Shown: positions 40,062-53,152, counted from the stretch's first letter. The stretch is 64,000 bases of DNA from Chrysomallon squamiferum (GCA_012295275.1 CM022676.1:7502001-7566000), one strand, 5' to 3'. Notes: a model not told the origin generated them from the letters alone. Translations and numbers: made by a program.

Positions 40062-40119
40062 CTTGTACGTACAATACACATCTCAGTAACGTGAACACAC
40101 AGAATAACTTACAACTCAT
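40062..40119 (-). CDS. Leader exon L2 (MSCKLFCVFTLLRCVLYVQG)
   Basis: ATG and donor intact; usage unknown. Confidence 0.65.
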
Positions 40120-40711
40120 TTCCAGTATTTTAGTTTTCACTTCCGTTAATAAAAATAAAGTTTTATTATTATTATTATTATTATTATTTTATCTTTTCTT
40201 CACTACTTTCTGGATTATGTTGAAGTGATGGTGGTGATGTAGTGTTTGAGTTGTTGATGTTGATATTACAATTTCTGTTGCTGTAAGTACTATTTATTTA
40301 TATATAAATAAATAAATAAGTAAATAAACATTTCTAAATGTTGGTATGTACACACAGGTATAATTCTAAAGATATATCTTGATATATGTTAGTGCATACA
40401 AACGTATCTGTTTAATCATAGAGTTAGGCTGGACATTCTTTCACGTAAAAATATAGACTTACTTAGATATTAAAATATATTAATAATTCTTATCTTGTGT
40501 AATTATAATCTATTTCAAATATTATTTTGTTTTATTGAGATGCATTGCTTAGTTATCATTAACAGTACATATTTCCTAGAAAGATAATTATAAACATGAA
40601 ATTGATAATACATGTGACTTCTAGTATTGTTTTCTTTTATTGAGATGCTTTGTTTAGTTATCATTAGCAGAATATATTACCAACAATGGTAATAATAAAA
40701 CTGATTTTTAC

Positions 40712-41023
40712 CTCTCACTTCGAGTTTTATTTCATTGCTGCGTCGTACATCATCACCACATCTCCACACTGTTCCATGTTGACTGAGGTTGACAGATTTT
40801 ACTATGAGGAGATTTGTATCATTTGAACAGTTAAAACTGTATACTTTTGGATGTTCATCCAAAAAATCACACTGAGTATAGTTTTCTATTACACGAATCC
40901 TGTATTCTGTGTTATTCTCGAACCAGGTAATGTTAGGAGAAGGAAAATCACTCTGACAGGTGAAAGTAAAAAGTGATCCAACAAGTGCATATCTGTCTGA
41001 TGTTGTTAATCTATACTGTTGAT
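40712..41023 (-). CDS. Gene C V cassette 3 V-like exon
   Basis: 312 nt open, AG/GT, ...CDFLDEHPKVYSFNC...WRCGDDVRRS. Confidence 0.88.
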
Positions 41024-41604
41024 CTTAAATTAGAAGAAACAAATTTAAAAAAATTAATTAAAATTAGAATTAAAATTAAAATAAATTAATCTAAACAAAA
41101 TAATTGTTATTGTAATTACATATTTTCTATGTTACAGTACACTGTGTAATTGACTGTGATTTTATGCAGTTATGTTATGGTATGTTATGTTGACTTATAT
41201 TACACTACATCCTATTATATCATATCGTATCATATTGTATTATTTTCTGTAGTAGTATATTATATTGTACGATACTATTTTATATTATCAGAATTGCTTT
41301 TCATTCTCGTTTAATCTTTATGTTTTGCGCCAAAATAAGAAACTGCTGAGATTTAGTATATAGATAAATATATACGTAATCATGAATTCACTGTATTAGT
41401 GTGTTCTGCGTTATCTTGAATTCACTTTATTAATGTGTACAATGTCTGCTTATATTTACAGTCACGAAGGTAATAAATCAGAGAATAAAATTAAGACTAT
41501 TTATCCATAACCATCGTCCATACATAACACCAACTCCACCCAGATTTCACAGTTACTAAATGAGATTAACTTAGAGATAAATAATCTGAATATAAAATAC
41601 ATAC

Positions 41605-41662
41605 CTTGTACGTACAATACACATCTCAGTAACACGAACAAACAAAACAACTTACAACTCAT
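41605..41662 (-). CDS. Leader exon L3 (MSCKLFCLFVLLRCVLYVQG)
   Basis: ATG and donor intact; usage unknown. Confidence 0.65.
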
Positions 41663-41703
41663 TTCCAGTATTTTAGTTTTCACTTCCGTTAATAAAAATA
41701 AAG

Positions 41704-41767
<64 letters not shown>

Positions 41768-42241
41768 TTATCTTTTCTTCACTACTTTCTGGATTATGTT
41801 GAAGTGATGGTGGTGATGTAGTGTTTGAGTTATTGATGTTGATATTACAATTTCTGTTGCTGTAATACTATTTATTTATATATAAATAAATAAATAAGTA
41901 AATAAACATTTCTAAATGTTGGTATGTACACACAGGTATAATTCTTCATATACGTTTGTGCATACGAACGTATCTGTTTAATCATAGAGTTAGGCTGGAC
42001 ATTCTTTCACGTAAAAATATAGACTTCTTAGATATTAAAATATATTAATAATTCTTATCTTGTGTAATTATAATCTATTTCAAATATTATTTTGTTTTAT
42101 TGAGATGTATTGTGTTAATTATAATCATATTTCTAGAAAATAATTATTTTGTTTTATTGTTTTCTTTTATTGAGATGCTTTGTTTAGTTATCATTAGCAG
42201 AATATATAACCAACAATGGTAATAATAAAACTGATTTTTAC

Positions 42242-42553
42242 CTCTCACTTCCAGTTTTATTTCATTGCTGCGTGGTCTGTAATCACCACATCTCCACACT
42301 GTTCCTTGTTGACTGAGGTTGACAGATTTTACTATGAGGAGATTTGTATCATTTGAACAGTTAAAACTGTATACTTTTGGATGTTCATCCAAAAAATCAC
42401 ACTGAGTATAGTTTTCTAATACACGAATCCTGTATTCTGTGTTATTCACGAACCAGGTAATGTTAGGAGAAGGAAAATCACTCTGACAGGTGAAAGTAAA
42501 AAGTGATCCAACAAGTGCATATCTGTCTGATGTTGTTAATCTATACTGTTGAC
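42242..42553 (-). CDS. Gene C V cassette 4 V-like exon
   Basis: 312 nt open, AG/GT, ...RVLENYTQCDFLDEHPKVYSFNC...SQQGTVWRCGDYRPRS. Confidence 0.88.
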
Positions 42554-43129
42554 CTTAAATTAGAAGAAACAAATTAAAAAAGATTAATTAAAATTAGAAT
42601 TAAAATTAAAATAAATTAATCTAAACAAACTAATTGTTTTTGTAATTACATATTTTCTATGTTACAGTACGCTGTGTAATGGACTGATGATACGCAGTGA
42701 CGTTATGTTATGTTATGTTGACTTATATTACACTACATCCTATTATATCATATCGTATCATATTGTATTATTTTCTGTAGTAGTATATTATATTGTACGA
42801 TATTTTTTATATTATCAAAATTGCTTTTCATTCTCGTTTAATCTTTATGTTTTGCGCCAAAATAAGAAACAGCTGATGTTTAGTATATAGATAAATATAT
42901 ACGTAATCATGAATTCACTGTATTAATGTGTTCTGCGTTATCATGAATTCACTTTATTAATGTGTACAATGTCTGCTTATATTTACAGTCACGAAGGTAA
43001 TAAATCAGATAATAAAATTAAGACTATTTATCCATAACCATCGTCCATACATAACACCAACTCCACCCAGATTTCAGTTACTAAATGAGATTAACTTAGA
43101 GATAAATAATCTGAATATAAAATACATAC

Positions 43130-43187
43130 CTTGTACGTACAATACACATCTCAGTAACACGAACACACAGAATAACTTACAACTCAT
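43130..43187 (-). CDS. Leader exon L4 (MSCKLFCVFVLLRCVLYVQG)
   Basis: ATG and donor intact; usage unknown. Confidence 0.65.
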
Positions 43188-43228
43188 TTCCAGTATTTTA
43201 GTTTTCACTTCCGTTAATAAAAATAAAG

Positions 43229-43259
<31 letters not shown>

Positions 43260-43677
43260 TTATCTTTTCTTCACTACTTTCTGGATTATGTTGAAGTGAT
43301 GGTGGTGATGTAGTGTTTATGTTGTTGATGTTGATATTACAATTTCTGTTGCTGTAACTACTATTTATTTATATATAAATAAATAAATATGTAAATAAAC
43401 ATTTCTAAATGTTGGTATGTACACACAGGTATAATTCTAAAGATATATCTTGATATACGTTAGTGCATACAAACGTATCTGTTTAATCATAGAGTTAGGC
43501 TGGACATTCTTTCACGTAAAAATATAGACTTACTTAGATATTAAAATATATTAATAATTCTTATCTTGTGTAATTATAATCTATTTCAAATATTATTTTG
43601 TTTTATTGAGATGTATTGCTTAGTTATCATTAGCAGAATATATAACCAACAATGGTAATAATAAAACAGATTTTTAC

Positions 43678-43989
43678 CTCTCACTTCGAGTTTTATTTCA
43701 TTGCTGCGTGGTCTGTAATCACCACATCTCCACACTGTTCCATGTTGAATGAGGCTGACAGATTTTATTATGAGGAGATTTGTGTCATCTGAACAGTGAA
43801 AACTGTATACTTTTGGATGTTCATCCAAAAAATCACACTGAGTATAGTTTTCTATTACACGAATCCTGTATTCTGTGTTATTCTCGAACCAGGTAATGTT
43901 AGGAGAAGGAAAATCACTCTGACAGGTGAAAGTAAAAAGTGATCCAACAAGTGCATATCTGTCTGATGTTGTTAATCTATACTGTTGAC
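43678..43989 (-). CDS. Gene C V cassette 5 (distal) V-like exon
   Basis: 312 nt open, AG/GT, ...CDFLDEHPKVYSFHCSDDTNLLIIKSVSLIQHGTVWRCGDYRPRS. Confidence 0.88.
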
Positions 43990-44611
43990 CTTAAATTAGA
44001 AGAAACAAATTTTGAAAAATTAATTCAAATTAGAATTAAAATTAAAATAAATTAATCTAAAGAATTTTTTTTTTATCCTTACGTATTTTCTATGTTACAG
44101 TACGCTGTGTAATGGACTGTGATACGCAGTTATGTTATGTTATGTTATGTTGACTTGTATTACATTACATCCTATTATATCACATCGTATCATCTTGTAT
44201 TATTTTCTATAGTAGTATATTATATTGTAAGGACACTATTTTATATTATCAGAATTGCTTTTCATTCTCGTTTAATCTATATGTTTTGCGCCAAAATAAG
44301 AAACTGCTGATATTAAGTATATATATAAATATATACGTAATCATGAATTCACTGTATTAGTGTGTACTGCGTTATCATATAATTCACTGTATTAATGTGT
44401 ACTGCGTTGTCAACGTAATCATGAACTCACTGTATTAATGGGTACAATGTCTTCTTATATTTATACAGTCACAAAGGTAATAAATCAGAGAATAAAATTA
44501 GGACTATTTATCCATAAACATCGTCCATACATAACGACAACTACACCCAAATTTCACAGTTACTAAATGAGATTAACTTAGAGATTAATAACATAAATAT
44601 AAAATACATAC

Positions 44612-44669
44612 CTTGTACGTAGAATACACATCCCAGTAACACGAACACACAGGATAAGTTACAACTCAT
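44612..44669 (-). CDS. Leader exon L5 (MSCNLSCVFVLLGCVFYVQG), the only gene C leader attached to the promoter module
   Basis: ATG at 44669, donor gtatgt. The upstream sequence continues into the conserved promoter block. Confidence 0.82.
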
Positions 44670-44740
44670 TTTCAGTATTTTAGTTTTATTATTATTATTA
44701 TTATTAGTATCTTTTCTTCACTACTTTTATGTTTTCACTC

Positions 44741-45430
44741 CTGTTAATATAAAAATAATTTCTTCGCTATCATCTTCTTTTAAATTCTTCCTTGTTTACT
44801 TTTCTGTTGCTATGTTACCACGTTTACTTCCTGTTTCACAAGTAAAACACCCGTTTTGCTCTTTGTAAAAATAACATCTGTAATACGCTAGATCCTCTCG
44901 ACTGACTTCAGCAGTTTGCTGGTACCATAAAAAATATTATTTAGTCCCACATATACACACTAGAAGAAAAAATCCAAAACCGCTATCATAAAATGACCGA
45001 CGTGTTTGAATTGACCTAAAAATGAGGCTACGGACTGCTACTGAACAAGTGACAGCTTTTCAGTGCTGACCAAGGGTAATCATCGCTTCACATGCGCTCC
45101 GAAGGCGGATGACGTCACCGAATATTGTCTGCGTGCAGATCTAATCAGACAAAAAAAAAGGCTGCTCAGTAATCGGGGTTAATCATTGCTTCCCACGAAG
45201 CACGCCGTTCTTTGTCTTTTGTAGTGTTTGCGTGCATCTATTGTTTTGTGTCAAACCCTGCACTGGCAAATATGTATTATCAGATTTTATATTCTACCAC
45301 GAAGCACATCGTTCTTTGGCTTTTGTAATGTTTGCGTACATCTATTTTTATTCGTGTTAACCTTTGCACTGGCAAATATGTTTTTTTTCAGATTGAATAT
45401 TCTCCCACGAAGCACGCCGTTCTTTGTCTT
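44741..45430 (-). promoter_or_regulatory. Putative promoter/5'UTR module of gene C
   Basis: Homolog of the gene A and B upstream blocks. Contains TGACGTCA at 45110-45117, an ETS-like aaacaggaagt at ~44826-44836, gtgcttcgtgg repeats and a possible 78-nt UTR intron at 44741-44818. Confidence 0.5.
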
Positions 45431-46083
45431 TGGTAATTTTGGCATGGATCATTTTTGTTTTGTTTTTTAATTTTGTTCATTCTTTACCTCACTCTGTCCA
45501 TTCATCAGTCCATCCAATTCGCTGTCTAGGTATTTGTAAATATATAATTATCTTTATAACAACGTATGATTGTATGTGTGTGCTCACGTACACAAACGCG
45601 CATACACACACACAGACACATATACATAGACATAGAAACATACTTTTACTATGAATTTGAAAACTTTTTTATTAATTAATTAATTACAAGTGCACACACA
45701 TACATATATGCACTTATACAAATTGCACATACATACATTCACACACACAAGTACATACATATATAAACTTTAAGCTGGAAAACATTTCAGTTAGGCACTC
45801 AAAAGTGTTTTTCTGTTTGTGAAATACTCCTAACTATAATTGTAGATATTTTTATCAGGATTTCTGTGAGAAGAAATTCAAAGTAGTGAGTGAAATAGAT
45901 CCAAAGTTACACATTTTTTAATATTTAATTTTCGGGTGGTGCTGTCTCAAAATTGCCATTTTGAAGTCCCGATTTTTAGGAGCCTATTCTCTGCAGAGTA
46001 TATTTAGGTTGATAGAGGAAGCCAGGGTTGGTAAAATCATTTACTTAACTCTAGATTTAAAAATAATATTATTATTATTTTAA

Positions 46084-46150
<67 letters not shown>

Positions 46151-46239
46151 TAAAAAAAGTTAAGAAACTATGGATGTATTGAAATACATTTTGATAAACT
46201 GAACCAACTTTCTCCAAAAACAAAAGGAAGAATTTGTCC

Positions 46240-47220
46240 TGTTATACTGACTCGCCGTCAACGCCAGCCACGAAGTCGACCCTCCACATTCGCGTTCATG
46301 ACAGTATGACGACTCCGACAACGTACACCACACTGGGCAAGTGTCAGATCGATCACGTTCCGGTAAACCACGTTTAACTACTCCAAGGGAAGACAGGTAT
46401 TTAGTGACGTCATCTCGACGACACAGGTTCTAGAGTGCTCCACTTTTAGCCCGTACTTTGCAGCAAACCACAGACACTAGAATTCAAACTCAAATTGACC
46501 GTAACCATCTCCATGCTGCACGATTCCAAGCACGTCGCCCTGTTGTAGTTCACAGAGCGTCACATTCAAGAACGTCTGAGATGGGCCAGAAAACACCAAC
46601 ACTGGCGACGCAGACAGTGGGATCAAACATTATTCACAGACGATTCCAGGTTTTGTTTTCACTTTGATGGTAGACGTCATGTATGGAGGAGACGAGGAGA
46701 ACGATATGATGCAGACAACGTCATTCAGCATGACCAATGTGGCGGTGGCAGAGTCATGGCCTGGACCGTCATTCATAGTGGAGATAAAACAGATCTTGTC
46801 TTCATTCACGGAAACATGACTGTTCAACGTTACAGTGACGGAATCATTACTCCAGTTGTTATTCCATTCCTGCAGCAACATTCTGGCTTTCTGTTTCAAC
46901 ATCACAACGCTGGACCACACACCGCTAGGCTAACCACTAACCTTCTTGAGCGGAACGAGGTCCAAGTGTTGAACTGGCCACCAAAGTCCCCTGACTTGTC
47001 TCCAACTGAGCATGCATGAGATCTACTGGGCCATAGGGTACGCAAAAACCATCCTCATATCCTTAATGTCCATGACCTACAAATTGCTTTGAACCGGGAA
47101 TAGAACGCAATTACTGTTTCATTAGAAGCATGAGACGACGATGTACTGCTATCATCAGTGCCACTGGTGCACACAATTATTGAGCCCCTCACACCATTTT
47201 GGTAGATGCACCTCTCCATT
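46240..47220 (+). mobile_element. Tc1/mariner transposase remnant (longer copy)
   Basis: Adds an N-terminal RSGKPRLTTPREDRYLV segment to the same decayed Tc1 sequence as 25520-26280, and shares the stop after SPTEHA. Confidence 0.9.
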
Positions 47221-47648
47221 TCATCAGTTGACACTAAAGTAACGACGTTGAGACACCGTGACAACGTCTTACTGCCAGCAACATATGCATTAATATATAT
47301 ACATTATATATGTATATATATTGTAGTGAGTAGTGGGACAAACTGGTTGCAAAATAAAACATAAAAAATAAAACATAAAGTGTAAACACTTTAATTAGAT
47401 ACTCAAAATCACTTTTCTTTTTGTGAAATACTCCAAGCTATAAGTGTACGTCTTTTTGTCCTGACTTCAGTGATAAGTAAGTAGTCAAACTGTTAAACAT
47501 TTTTTAATATTTAACTTTTAGAGGCTGTTGTTTCACAATTGCCAGTTTGATGAAATCCCGATTTTTGAGGGCCCATTCCAAAGTTATTATTATTATAATT
47601 TTTTTTCATCTGTTTGCTGAGTTGGTAAAATCATTAACTTACGGCTAG

Positions 47649-47717
<69 letters not shown>

Positions 47718-48108
47718 GTAGTAGTAGTAGTAGTAGCAGTAATAGTAGTAGTAGTAATAGTATTAGTATTAGTAGTAGTAGTAGTAGTACTAGTAGTAAT
47801 GATGTTATTAAAATAGTAAAGAAATAAAATAAATAAATAAAATATTTGAATGTTCATAACTTCACTTGTACTATAAAAAACATAAATCTTTGAATTTTTA
47901 ACATACATATTTTTTGTACCAAATCAGAGAGAATGAAGAGATGTAGATGATAAACTACATTTAGAAGGAATAAATTAGAAAATCTGAATCGTTACTTTTA
48001 GGGGATGATCAGGTAAATATAACACTGCGTAGAGTAAGGAGACTCAGTTCTCGAGCCTCACTGAATGTAATTTCGCATACATAAGAGTGTGTTTCTATTG
48101 CTGTACCG

Positions 48109-48148
<40 letters not shown>

Positions 48149-48876
48149 TTGTGTGTGTGTGTGTGTAAATAAATACACCCACTCAGACACACATATAAGT
48201 TAAAAAGTCAATATGCTTAAGTGTATCATTTTACATATACATTATCTCTACCTGTATATATATATCTATCTATATAGATATCTGTCCATATATCTGTCTA
48301 TTTATATAGATATCTATCTAGATGTCTATCAATCATCTATATACATACACAGACGTAAGAATGTGTTTCTATAGCTAGATTTACCGATGTGTGAATGTGC
48401 ATGTGTTTGTGTATATATATATATGTATGTATGTATGTATTTAATTTTATTTCTAGAGATTCGAGTTGACTTAAAGTTGACCATTGTAATGTATATTACA
48501 GTGCGCTTTCGTCCTTTGGCCACATATTTATTACTTTGCTACCATATTTTATTTACATAGATAAAACTTTTAAAAACTTTATACAAAAACGTTCAGAGAT
48601 GTATAAAAATACATTTCCACAACAAAATAAATATAATTAATATATTTCAGAAACTATTTGAAAAATATCCGTTCTCAAAACTATAAAATAGATAACATTG
48701 TAACATTTAATAAAATACACTTGAAGAAAAATTCATTTGAAAAAAGTTCATTTGAAAAAAACAATACATTTCAAATACTATTTAGAAGGTATCGAAATCT
48801 GTAAAAAACGCAACATTTCATTAAAAAAAAATATAATAATAAAAACAAAAGTAAATAAATAAATAAATAAATAATA

Positions 48877-48964
<88 letters not shown>

Positions 48965-51214
48965 CGTGTATATATGTCTATATATGTGTTTATATGTATG
49001 CATAAATGACCGTATGTATGTACGTTTCTAGGAATGTACGTTATTCTTTACGCTGTCTATACGTACGTACGTATATATGTATGTATGAATATATATTTAT
49101 TTATATATATATATATTTATTTATTTTTGTGTATGTACGTACGTATATATATATAATTAATGTGTTTATATGCATAGTATGAATATATATACACACATAC
49201 GTTGTTCCATACATAATTATATGTTTACACATACTTAGGCAGTGAGCTGGTGAATGGATGGATGGACGGATATATGGATACAAAAATATAAAGAATATAA
49301 GACAAATCAGACAGAGAAACAGAAAAATACAGAATTACAGAAGAAAAAAAAAGAGGAGAGGTGTGTAAAATCATCATGGCTGAAGTACAAAAATCGATGT
49401 AGAAAGTGTTAAATGAAGAAAGACACACAAACAGACGAACAGATTTAGAAGACAAAAATTAAAACTTTATTTTAGAGTAAGAAGCAAAATTCTAAAATAT
49501 AACAGATAAATGGAAAATTTGTTTCCTCTCTCCAAGAAAAATATTCACAGAATAGCGGACACACAAACAAACCTGCTATATGATAAAGTTAGATAATATA
49601 ATTAACAAAACAGATTACACTCTAGTTTAGTAGTTACTTCTGTTTCCTTTTCCTATTTCCTGTTCTAACTGCATGCTCAATATTCGTTTAACACATTTTA
49701 TATCACTTTAACCAGACACAAATGGAACAATATGCAATTTTTATATATTTATTTTTGTAATAATTCCTCTTGATAATATGTAAAATCAACAATTTACATC
49801 TCCTGTACATTTGTAGAAATAAGAAAACGCGGATAAAGAAAAGAAAAGATTACTTAAATCTTCTTAGTACAAAAGAGGTAAGTTTAGTAAAAGTTATATT
49901 TTAGTAATGCATTAACCGTTCAGGACACGGCAATAAAAATGTGGAAGAAAAGATCACCAAACAAATAAATGCAACAACCTTGACCTACAACAGACCTTGG
50001 ATAGTGTGGAATTGTTTCAGATATTCTTGTTATGTACTACACTGGTCACTAGACAAAACTGTATTCTCGTCTTGAATTCAGAACCTTCCTGGTAATTCTC
50101 GTCTTATCTGATTTTAATACTTTAACTTGTCATCCACTATCCTGGAAAACAAGTATGAACACTGAATCTCCACGGGTTGAGCACTTCCTGCCTTTAATTT
50201 AATCATTAACCATCCCAAAACAACAACAACAACAACAAAAGTAAGAAGAAAAAACAACAACAACAGGAAAAACAAATAAACAGTTAAGAAATCAAAGAGG
50301 ATATAGAAGGACATTTCACTGGAAACATGCAGACAAAGAAACATTATTTTAAAAAATCATAATGCACACTATAATACATTATCAGATGTCATTTCTTCAT
50401 TTGTTTTGACAATAAATATTGTTTTGTAGTTTTGATGTCATAAAATATATTCGTACATTTTAAATACAATCCAACCCGTTTATTTCAATATGAAAAACCC
50501 ACTCTTACGACCTAACTCTATGGAGGGACACTCCTCCAACCTTTACAAAAATCATCATAAAATCATCATATTTAACCATTCCTTATTCAGTCATAAACTG
50601 AGTATAAAAATATGAAAAACACAAAAGTATCACAAAAACATGAAATCTTGCATAGATATTATTTACCAAGCAGTGTTGCAGATGCTGTTGTTGGTATAGT
50701 TGTTATAAATATTGTTTTATTCTGCAATTGTCAGCCAGGAATTTCATTTATCATATTATACAAGAAAATCGACAATTTCGTGACGTCACCATCCTACATG
50801 AGAGAAAAATCAATGCACAACATGCGAATTTGACTAATATTTCACTTCTTGGGCATCATCGCGAGAAGATATTAATGAGATTGATCAAATTTGTTTCTTT
50901 TTTCAATGTGTAAGTGTGTAGATACGTTAATTTTACAAGATGAATATCCCGAGATTTTTACATAGTTACAGATACAATTCACACAATAGTAATGAATGAT
51001 ACAAATTCGCGATTGGCAGCTCATTAAAATGTTTATAACTTTTCTCACAGGTAGCTATTGACATAGTTCAAGTCTTGTGTGACTGTAGAAATTGAATATA
51101 TGAAGTCTTTGTATTTTTGTATAAACATTTAACAATATAATCTTGCTTAATTTTTCAGGAACGTGCCTTAAGAAGCGTGTGCTTAACAAATAAATTTGTG
51201 TTCTTCTTTATCGC

Positions 51215-51512
51215 TTACTCAGTATTCTGCAGGAGAGGGTCATGTCCGAACACAGGATTATGTGGATTCTCTGTATCTTCGCGTGCAGCTGATGTTTGAT
51301 AGTCTGAAACATGAAATGAAATTATGTCTTAGTTTATATAAAAGTTGTCATGCGCGGAGCAAAATAATAATCGAAATAATGTGTGTATGTGTGTGTGTAT
51401 ATATATAAATAAATACACACTAGCGCTTACACAAACACATTATATTTGTCTATATACATATAGAGAGATAAGAATGTGTTTCTATAGCTGTATTGATGTG
51501 TGTCTGTATGTA

Positions 51513-51551
<39 letters not shown>

Positions 51552-52555
51552 GCATATGCATATATAAGTATGTATTTATGTACATATATGTATGTATATA
51601 TGCATGCATGTACGTATGTGTCTGTATATATGTATGTATGTATTAAATTTTATCAGAAAATCGGTTAGAAACTAAAATTCCTTTAGACTTGATTTGTTTT
51701 TTTTCTGTAAACTATCACAGGAAATGCTGTTACAGAACTTTTCATATTAGTCTGTAAGTTAAAATCTTATTTCTTCGTCAATCTCCAAAATATTTTTTAT
51801 CTCTCTGTATCTATTTTCCCGATTCAACATTTATTCCAAATTGTTTTTGTGGTTATAATGTGCGAATGCAAAACGCTTCTGAGACGAATCTAAAAAGGTC
51901 AGTTTCAGTTTCTGAACTTAGAATAATAGTTTGCTCTACTGGGATTATTTCAAAATGATCGTCCAGTATATGGCCAGGTAGGTCAAAACTTATGGCGACA
52001 GGAATGTCAACTTCATCCATAATATCTTATTTGTGAGAAACAGTTCTAACTCGTAACATATTTTTTATGGCCAACACATTTCATTTTTTTTTTTCATAAC
52101 TTGCATATTAGGAAATACACAACATTTCTGAAATCACAGTCCAAGTTAGTTTGGATTTTTATTTCAGTTTTTGTTTGTTCTGTACTGAATTTACAGTGAG
52201 ATTTTATTAACCTTGTTTAATTTTTTTAACAAAGGGTCTTACGAAGTCTGTGATTAAGAAACTATATTTGTTTTCTTCTTTACGATTCATTAATATCAAT
52301 TCACTTACTGTCAGGCGGTATAACGTTTTCTGGGACGTCATTTCGTCTTTCCTCTGTAGAAGAATATGGATTCTCTGTGTCTTCATGTTCAGCTGCAAGC
52401 GCAGTCTGATTATCTGAAACGTGGAATCAAGTTATGTTTTCGTTTACATAAAAATGCAGAGATAAAAATTAAAATATATGTGTGTATTTGTGTGTGTGTG
52501 TGTGCAGTTGTGTTTGTGTGTGCCTCTGTGTTTTTTTTGTATGTGAGTACATACA

Positions 52556-52591
<36 letters not shown>

Positions 52592-53152
52592 AACATACGC
52601 AGAAACAAATGCATATCATATAATTCAAAAAGTCAATATGTTTAAGTGTATATTTTTGCATATACGTCATCTCTCGCATATCTATCTATGCATATACACG
52701 TAAGAAGGTGTTTCTATAGATACATCGACATGTAAATGTGTATGTGTATATAGGTGCACATACTATGTATGCGTATATATGCATATAATATATGTATATG
52801 TCTATGAATGTATGTATGTATGCATGCATTTATGTATGTTTGTGAATTTTAGGATTTGAATATTCTCTGTCTTATATACATCTAAATAGACTCTGCACAT
52901 AGGCAATATTCGGTAAAATATGTTGCTGAATAACCGATGGTAATCATCGCTGTTTATATTTGTGTGTGTGTGGGTGTGTATGTATGTAAATGTGTGTTTG
53001 TGTTCATGTAAATATATATATTTATGTAAGTGTGTGTTTTGTGCGTCTGTATGGATGTATTTGTTTGTGTATGTATGTGTGTGTATGTGTGTGTGTTGAA
53101 CTTACCAGAATCCGGAGCAATACTGTAGGAAACATGTTGATTTGTGCTGATT
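51215..53152 (-). pseudogene. Orphan cytoplasmic tail (gene D remnant): exons 53106-53152, 52309-52413, 51215-51303
   Basis: RISTNQHVSYSIAPDS / DNQTALAAEHEDTENPYSSTEERRNDVPENVIPPD / NYQTSAAREDTENPHNPVFGHDPLLQNTE*, all with intact splice sites. No TM or Ig exon lies between it and the gap. Confidence 0.75.

Larger units (their letters stand above)
37045..44728 (-). repeat. Tandem array of five ~1.44-1.55 kb leader-intron-V cassettes
   Basis: V exon spacings are 1526, 1546, 1530 and 1436 nt. The same junction cactactttc|tggattatgttgaag occurs at 38700, 40210, 41789 and 43281. Confidence 0.92.

Noticed and set aside
37640-44669. V(D)J-type somatic recombination of the L-V cassettes
   Set aside because: No heptamer-spacer-nonamer follows any V exon. 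Each V ends in a normal splice donor and already encodes its last strand (IKLEVR), and no J-like segments are seen.
32227-44669. Assignment to Dscam, FREP, VCBP, Alr or true CEACAM with a gene symbol
   Set aside because: There are no FnIII, fibrinogen or chitin-binding exons and no recognisable sequence identity. The resemblance is architectural only.
37045-44728. Cassette array as pure assembly stutter
   Set aside because: Each unit has private substitutions and indels in exons and introns, with all frames open. Not fully excluded without reads.
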